From the NCBI RefSeq assembly GCF_039654945.1, contig NW_027361677.1, positions 5,580,001 to 5,644,000 of the forward strand: a stretch of 64,000 nt of DNA, in the 5' to 3' direction. Shown piece after piece: positions 57,723 through 64,000 of the stretch (within the stretch, counting starts at the first letter, position 1; each line of letters opens with the position of its first letter). Source of the stretch: Dendrobates tinctorius (Eukaryota). The notes beneath the pieces are model-generated. The model worked only from the letters and a program-made list of their open reading frames with translations. It was not told the origin of the DNA and made no database searches. The position numbers were made by a program, and so were the translations under genes.

Positions 57723-60700
57723 CTGGAAATATAACATACAGGATCTAATCAGTGCAGACAGGAGGAAGGATTATCAAAATGAATGCAAATTAAAAGTGTA
57801 GGAGCTAGGAGGAACTATGAAATGATGCCAGCATCTAAGATAGTTCTGCCTCCCTGTGGGCTTCTTGCTTCTCATTAACTCATTTAGCTCTTAGCAATGA
57901 AATAAGGAACTTCCTGATAGATATGGCTATAAGAAGTGACTTTTGGGTTAGGAAATTGAAAGTATATTTTAGGAAGAATTACATTTATTAGGAAGTCTTT
58001 AAAGGGCAGAGAATGTCATATGCTGCATTTGGTGACCCTCATTTACCTGCTATAAATGTAATAATCACATGATTATAAATGTTGCATATCTTGCGCCATT
58101 CATTGCTGCACCCAGGACCAGTTTTAGCTATAGGAATAGTAGACCTATAGACAAATCAGGCCCTGGAAGAAGTGTGGTTGCTAAAGGGAAACTTAGAGAT
58201 TAGCAAAAAAATTCACACTACCCTATACCAGGACAGTGTAAACTTGCTTGGCTGCAACTTAAATACCAGCATCCTTGGAGCCTTTTGAGATTACTAGGCC
58301 TCCGAGATATAATTATTTGCCGTAATAGTGACGTTCGTTGCGCCACCCTGCCCTGGTCCCTCTGCCTCGGAGTGCCGAGTTGGATACAGGATCAGGGCAG
58401 TGCGAATCTTTTTGCTCATATGTAGAAACTTTTCTTATTAATTTGGTTGTACGACTTAAAAAAAATAAATGGCCAAAAGCAGAAATGTTGTAAAATAACA
58501 ATGAAGCTATGCTCACTGGTTCAGTCTTCTATCGCTACAGATTATTTTTGCTGGGGGCCCCAACCAGTCGCCGGGATGGGGGAATCGTGTCAGCTGTTCT
58601 CCCCTGGTTGAAAAAAGCAACTCCACCCTATTACAAGTACTGACAAAGATAGCAGATTGCTGGATGTCTTCAGTGCAATGGACCAGTCTTTGCTTTCAAA
58701 TCTTCCCGGCCAGTGGAGTATGAGCATATGAGTCTCCCATTCTGGTGATTGCTTGGGGTCTCACTGTCACGATTCTGCCTATCAAGGTGTCTGGACACAG
58801 TGATTCTCATTTCTGCTGTCCAATCTAGGACAGGGGCGTGCTGAGCTGTCAGTAGGTGATAGACAGCTCAGCCGTCCAATCGGATGCTGGGGTGTGCTGA
58901 GCTTTCAGTGTCTTGAGTGACGGTTTAGCCGTGCAATCAGGTCCAGGGCGTGTCAGTGCTTCATCCATGTGTCTCCTGTTAGGAGTAATTACCTGGCTAT
59001 TTAGCCACCTCTCTGCTTTAGATTACTGCTAATTGTAGCTTTGACAAGAGGTGTGTGTTTGATCTGTGCTCCTTGTCTTGTCTTCTGATCTTACTCAACC
59101 TCGGATTTGCCTTTGAACTTGTGTTTGCCGAGCCCTTTTTTCGTGATCCGCTACCTTCTTGTAATTATGACCTGACTATGCCTTTGTCTCACCCCTCTGT
59201 CTCTGACGTACCCTCCTGGCTTTTGACCTCGGACCTTTTGACGACCCAGCCTTGTGGCTTTTCCGTGACTAGTGTCACACCGACACAGTTCTAGCGATTT
59301 TACCAATCTAGTGAATAGGTAGAATTTATAAAAGTAAGTCACTGATACTTACCATCATCCTCTTCCTTGCCATCAGGGTGTGGCACAAACAACGGCTCTG
59401 CAGGCCAACACATGTCATCAGTCCAGGACAACATTTCTTTTGTCACTGTGTTAAATTTCACTATCTATGCAATAAAACAAAAAGAAAAAAAGGAATTAGC
59501 ACATATAGTTTTAAGAATAAAAATAGTAACATAGTTAGTAAGGCCGAAAAAAGACATTAGTCCATCCAGTTCAGCCTATAAAATTCTGTCAGAATAAATC
59601 CCCAGAATAAAAACATAAAATCAACACTAAGAATAGCATTAGTAGGGAAACCTGGGCACATGGGAGGGCCGAAGGTGCTTCGAGGACCAAAGGCGCTTTG
59701 GGTAAACATGCTCTATACATGTTAAACAGAGGCTGGGTCAGACACGAGGCCTGCAGTGGCCCGTCATCTAAGGCAGCGGTTTCCAATCTTTCTTACCTTA
59801 AGAGCGGCATTCGACTCCGATAGATGGTCGTGAGCTACAACCATGCCCCCTCCCTACAGTAATAGTGACAATATACAATATAATTACATCCCACTTCACC
59901 CTCATTTGGTATTATCAAATCAAGGACACTCCACACATTATCACATGAAACTTAAAGATCCAGAACCATCATCAGTACCTGAATGCAGCACCAGAAACAC
60001 TGTCCGTACATGATTGCAGCACCAGAAACACCATCAGTACATGAATGCCCCTCTAACAGTACCATCCTATCTCCAACATAGTATTTATTTCCTCCTTTAT
60101 TTTCCCTCTCAAAGTATAAGAACATACAGATCTGCTCTTCTTTACAGGGCTTGTGACAAAAGTCACCATCTGAAGTCCTTCTCTTCATAACTGATTGCAA
60201 GCCTCTACCAAGCAAGTATACAGCTGCAAGCCACACAACTTGGATCCGCCAGCCACAAGTTGGGGACCCCTGATCTAATGGCAGAAGCAGTCAACAATCC
60301 ACACATCGCAGATATCATGCAAATGTTCTAAAAAATGTTTCCATTACATCATGGCAATTTTTTTTTTAAGCAGTTGCCACAAAGACAATTTGACTGCATC
60401 TAAAAACAGATTCACTTTAATACAGACTCCTGATTAAGTTTCCATGTTCAGTATTTGATCAGTATTTTACATCAGTATTTGTCAGCTAAAATCAGGAGTG
60501 GAGCAATCAGAGGAAAAGTATAATAGAAGCAGGTCACCACTTCTGTATTTATCACCCATTCTTGGTTTTGGCTTATAAATACTGATGTAAAATACTGACC
60601 AAATACTGAATATGTGAGTGTGGCCGCGGATTCTGCAATCTGCAGCCACAGGTACACACTACATTTATAATGCCGGATAGTGAAAAGCTTTACCTTGGTT

Positions 60701-63206
60701 GGTATTGGACGCCATTCAACATGTGAAGCGTAAACATATCTGTGCTTCTTGCCATTGTAGTCGTAGTTAATTTTTGGTAATTCAATTCCTGGAAATGTAA
60801 GAAATAATTGCATAAGTAATGTAGCAACACAAATCTAGCGACTAGTGTTTATGCCTTTAATGGAACATTATTGCTTGAGTCTCTGCACACAAGCGGATTT
60901 CAGCTCCATGTAAGGCTAAGTGCACACGCTGCGGATTGGTCTGCTGATTTTTTTATTTGCGGAACCGCAGGGAAAACCGCAGGTAAAATGACCTGCGGAT
61001 TGGGCTGCGGTTTATCATCTCTACAATGGAGGAGATGGTAAACCGCAGCAGAATCCGCAGAAAAGAAGTGACATGTCAATTCTTTCTGCGGATTCAAAAC
61101 CGCAGCTTTTCCGCAGTTAAAAATCCGCAGCATGTGCACAGCAGAATGTAAATCCCATAGGATAACATGCTACTGTACACTGTCTGCAGAACTGCTGCAG
61201 TTCTGCTGCGGCCAAAACAGCAGCGGAACCGCAGCGTATGCACATAAGAGTCTCATATCGCCAAATACTGGATCAGATCCTGGGAGATAAGGAAAGCCTA
61301 TGACCAAGCAGTAGGTGCAGCTTTGTGAATGATTATTTGTTAGGCTGATAGTTTTGGCCGGCAGCCATCTCTCCCAACTCTGCCATACACAGCAGATGTC
61401 TATAACAGGTTCTATATACTGTTGTAGGATACCGGGGCTTAGAGAAGAGACAACGTGACTGACATACCTTCACATAAAATCTCAGGCTGGCAGCATATCT
61501 CGCCATTTTTTTCTTTCGTCGCTGTTGCTGTCGTCGAAGGAATCCTTACTAGGTTAACTCCCACTTCTGCTTTCTATGAAATGATAATACGTACATTAAA
61601 TGTACATTAAAGGGCTATTCCCATCCTCATAAATGGGGATTGTCGGACAGTGTGTGCAGGCACTAGCGATTTTGCAATACACTACTTATTACAATTTTTA
61701 GCTAATTCCCATATATTGGATTGCTTGTTTAAACATTTATGCCAACGGTCGCGAATTGGAATGTCGCAATTTTTGGAAACAATCCCGGCAAATTTGAAGA
61801 GTTGGGGTTATTTATACGAGACATGATTTTTTTTTTTTTTTTAATGAAAAAAAAATTTATGTTTTTAATGCAAACCATTTGCGACCCTCCCCCCCCCCTG
61901 CATCCTAACTGTACATCACAGTCAGGGCGTACATGTATGGAGCAGGCTCAGGAGCCGAGACCGCATCATACCCAACACCTGCAATCAGAGCTGGCCTCAG
62001 TTGCTGTTGACAGCGGCATTTAAAAGGCACGACCACCGGTGTTCTCATGCATCCCGTCGATCCCCACACAACTTATCCCTAAGGGAACTAAAACGCAGGC
62101 AAAAAAAAAAAGAAATTGTTTTAAAAAAATAGAAAAAAAATTTTAAAAGTAGGAAAAAAGAGAAAAAAATGTGAACAAAAATTTTTATATTTTTTATTTT
62201 TACAAACTTATGAGTTTTTTTTACTGCTAAAAAATAAAACAGCAATACAAGATTGGTATCTTCATAATTATACCGTTCTGGAGAATCATGCCTCCATATA
62301 ACTATGTGGATGGAAAAACAAAATAGTTAGGGCTCTCGGAAGAAGGGGAAGAAAAAATGAACCCGAAAAGATTGGCCAGTCCTAAAGGGGTTAAGCAGTC
62401 AGTGAAAAGCGGAAAGTATGAGGATTCCAGTATGCCATCTGTGATTTTCATGGACCCATAGACTTCAATGTGCAGTTTTGACTTGACCAAAATCAGACGT
62501 TTTCTTTATATTTTTAATTATATTTTGCAGACGCTCAGTCAGTCCCTCCCGCCATAAAACACGGATATATAAACAGCCGCATAGACTAGATGGAGTATGT
62601 ATTTTTTCTGTAAAAAACATGGGTGCCTGAATGAGGCCTACAGTGAATGCAAACTCCTAGGGTAAATTTACCCAAACACTGAAAAGTCTCTGTTACCCAT
62701 AGCAACCAATCACAGCACAGCTTTCATTTTAGCAGAGCTGTTTCCAAGAGGAAAGCTGAGCTCTGATTGGTTGCTATGGGCAACAAAGACAGCGCTGTAA
62801 ATGAGGCCTAATGTGACAGATTATAGTGACTGAGCAGCAACTGCTGACGCTGTAATGTGCCACAGTGAGCGACAAGACTGACATTGTGATAAATAATCGG
62901 CTTTAGTTTCATAGATTTGTGTTTTCTGTGAGACACGTATACACTGACCTTGTCGTACTGCAGGGGGACCACAAACCGCGTGTAGGTTGGGGTCGAGGAT
63001 ACTCTAGTCTCCTGAGAGAGGTCTCTCCTTAAATTGGCCATGTAAAACATTTCATATAAACTATTGTCCTTGTAAGCAATAATATCAAACACAACATGGC
63101 CGTCTTCTTCATATGCATTAATGTGATGGTAAGACACCAAAGCGTCACTGTAAAACTTCTCTGCAACAGGCTTCTTGGTCCTTTTATCAACTATGTGAAA
63201 CCAAGT
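57568..63206 (-). CDS. bco1: Beta-carotene 15,15'-oxygenase 1 (BCO1 or a BCO1-like paralogue), last five coding exons; 5' part is outside the window
   Basis: Carotenoid-oxygenase motifs YHHINAYEEDG, GIELP.INY, WPAEP.FVP, EEDDG, LDAKTF, DLHGIF; GT-AG boundaries with consistent phases. Confidence 0.88.
58765..59279 (+). mobile_element. Probable solo LTR (Gypsy-like)
   Basis: TGTCAC...TGTCACA ends, repeated CCAAT/GGGCG blocks, TATA-like TATTTAG, pyrimidine-rich 3' half; no clean TSD. Confidence 0.45.
59353..59464 (-). CDS. bco1: BCO1-family exon
   Basis: IVKFNTVTKE...CWPAEPLFVPHPDGKEEDD, 112 nt. Confidence 0.9.
59774..60272. mobile_element. Non-autonomous hAT element
   Basis: CAGCGGTTTCCAA...TTGGGGACCCCTG with 8-bp TSD ATCTAAGG/ATCTAATG. 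Confidence 0.7.
60694..60788 (-). CDS. bco1: BCO1-family exon
   Basis: IELPKINYDYNGKKHRYVY...PIPTK, 95 nt. Confidence 0.9.
60914..61248. mobile_element. PIF/Harbinger MITE (TGCGG/CCGCA-rich, related to 43128-43483)
   Basis: TAA|GGCTAAGTGCACACGCTGC...GCAGCGTATGCACAT. Confidence 0.65.
61468..61573 (-). CDS. bco1: BCO1-family exon
   Basis: KAEVGVNLVRIPSTTATATKEKNGEICCQPEILCE, 106 nt. Confidence 0.9.
62949..63206 (-). CDS. bco1: BCO1-family exon
   Basis: TWFHIVDKRTK...HHINAYEEDG...PLQYDK, 258 nt. Confidence 0.9.
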
Positions 63207-63272
63207 CTAAAAAAAAATTGAATAAAAAAAGAAATGTTTATGACATGCGTGAACATAGCCTTAGAAACGCTA

Positions 63273-64000
63273 CAGTTGTGGCCAAAAGTATTGACACCCC
63301 TGCAATTTTGTCAGCTAATACTCAGTTTCTTCCTGAAAATGATTGCAAACACAAATTCTTTGTTATTATTATCTTCATTTAATTTGTCTTAAATGAAAAA
63401 AACACAAAAAGAATTGTCCTAAAGCCAAATTGGATATAATTCCACACCAAACATAAAAAAGAGGGTGGACAAAATTATTGGCACTGTTCGAAAAATCATG
63501 TGATGCTTCTCTAATTTGTGTAATTAACAGCACCTGTAACTTACCTGTGTCGCCTAACAGGTGTTGGCAATAACTAAATCACACTTGCAGCCAGTTGACA
63601 TGGATTAAAGTTGACTCAACCTCTGTCCTGTGTCCTCGTGTGCACCACATTGAGCATGGAGAAAAGAAAGAAGACCAAAGAACTGTCTGAGGACTTGAGA
63701 CACCAAATTGTGAGGAAGCATGAGCAATCTCAAGGCTACAAGTCCATCTCCAAAGACCTGAATATTCCTGTGTCTACTGTGCGCAGTGTCATCAAGAAGT
63801 TTAAAGCCCATGGCACTGTGGCTAACCTCCCTAGATGTGGACGGAAAAGAAAAATTGACAAGAGATTTCAACGCAAGATTGTGCGGATGTTGGATAAAGA
63901 ACTTCGACTAACATCCAAATAAGTTCAAGCTGCCCTGCAGTCCGAGGGTACAGCAGTGTCAACCCGTACTATCCGTCGGCGTCTGAATGAAAAGGGACTG
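63273..64000 (+). mobile_element. Tc1 transposon, same family as 5-1457, runs off the window; lies in a BCO1 intron
   Basis: TA|CAGTTGTGGCCAAAAGT; ATG at 63656 (MEKRKKTKEL), premature TAA at 63920. Confidence 0.95.

Overview
Vertebrate genomic DNA, most likely an anuran frog (inferred from the repeat families and protein similarity; species not determined). Three host genes lie on the minus strand: the last five coding exons of a BCO1-family carotenoid oxygenase (57568-63206), a complete 21-coding-exon NUP93 (20094-40338, 820 aa) with a CpG-rich promoter region near 42 kb, and the first coding exon of SLC12A3/NCC (6347-6643). The rest is mostly mobile DNA. There are three full-length but decayed DIRS1-type tyrosine-recombinase retrotransposons of different subfamilies, each with ITRs, an ICR and TTT junctions. 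Two copies of one Tc1 family sit at the window ends. Also present are a CR1 > Harbinger > Helitron nest, a V-SINE, many MITEs and five minisatellites. The most interesting observations are a hammerhead-ribozyme relic locked in a hairpin with its own antisense copy (11513-11611), duplicated RNA hairpins and shared splice and promoter signals in the DIRS leaders and ends, a gag-RT fusion DIRS, a minisatellite born from a transposase start codon, and BCO1-NUP93 linkage that differs from human. No confirmed novel system is claimed; all calls were made by eye.
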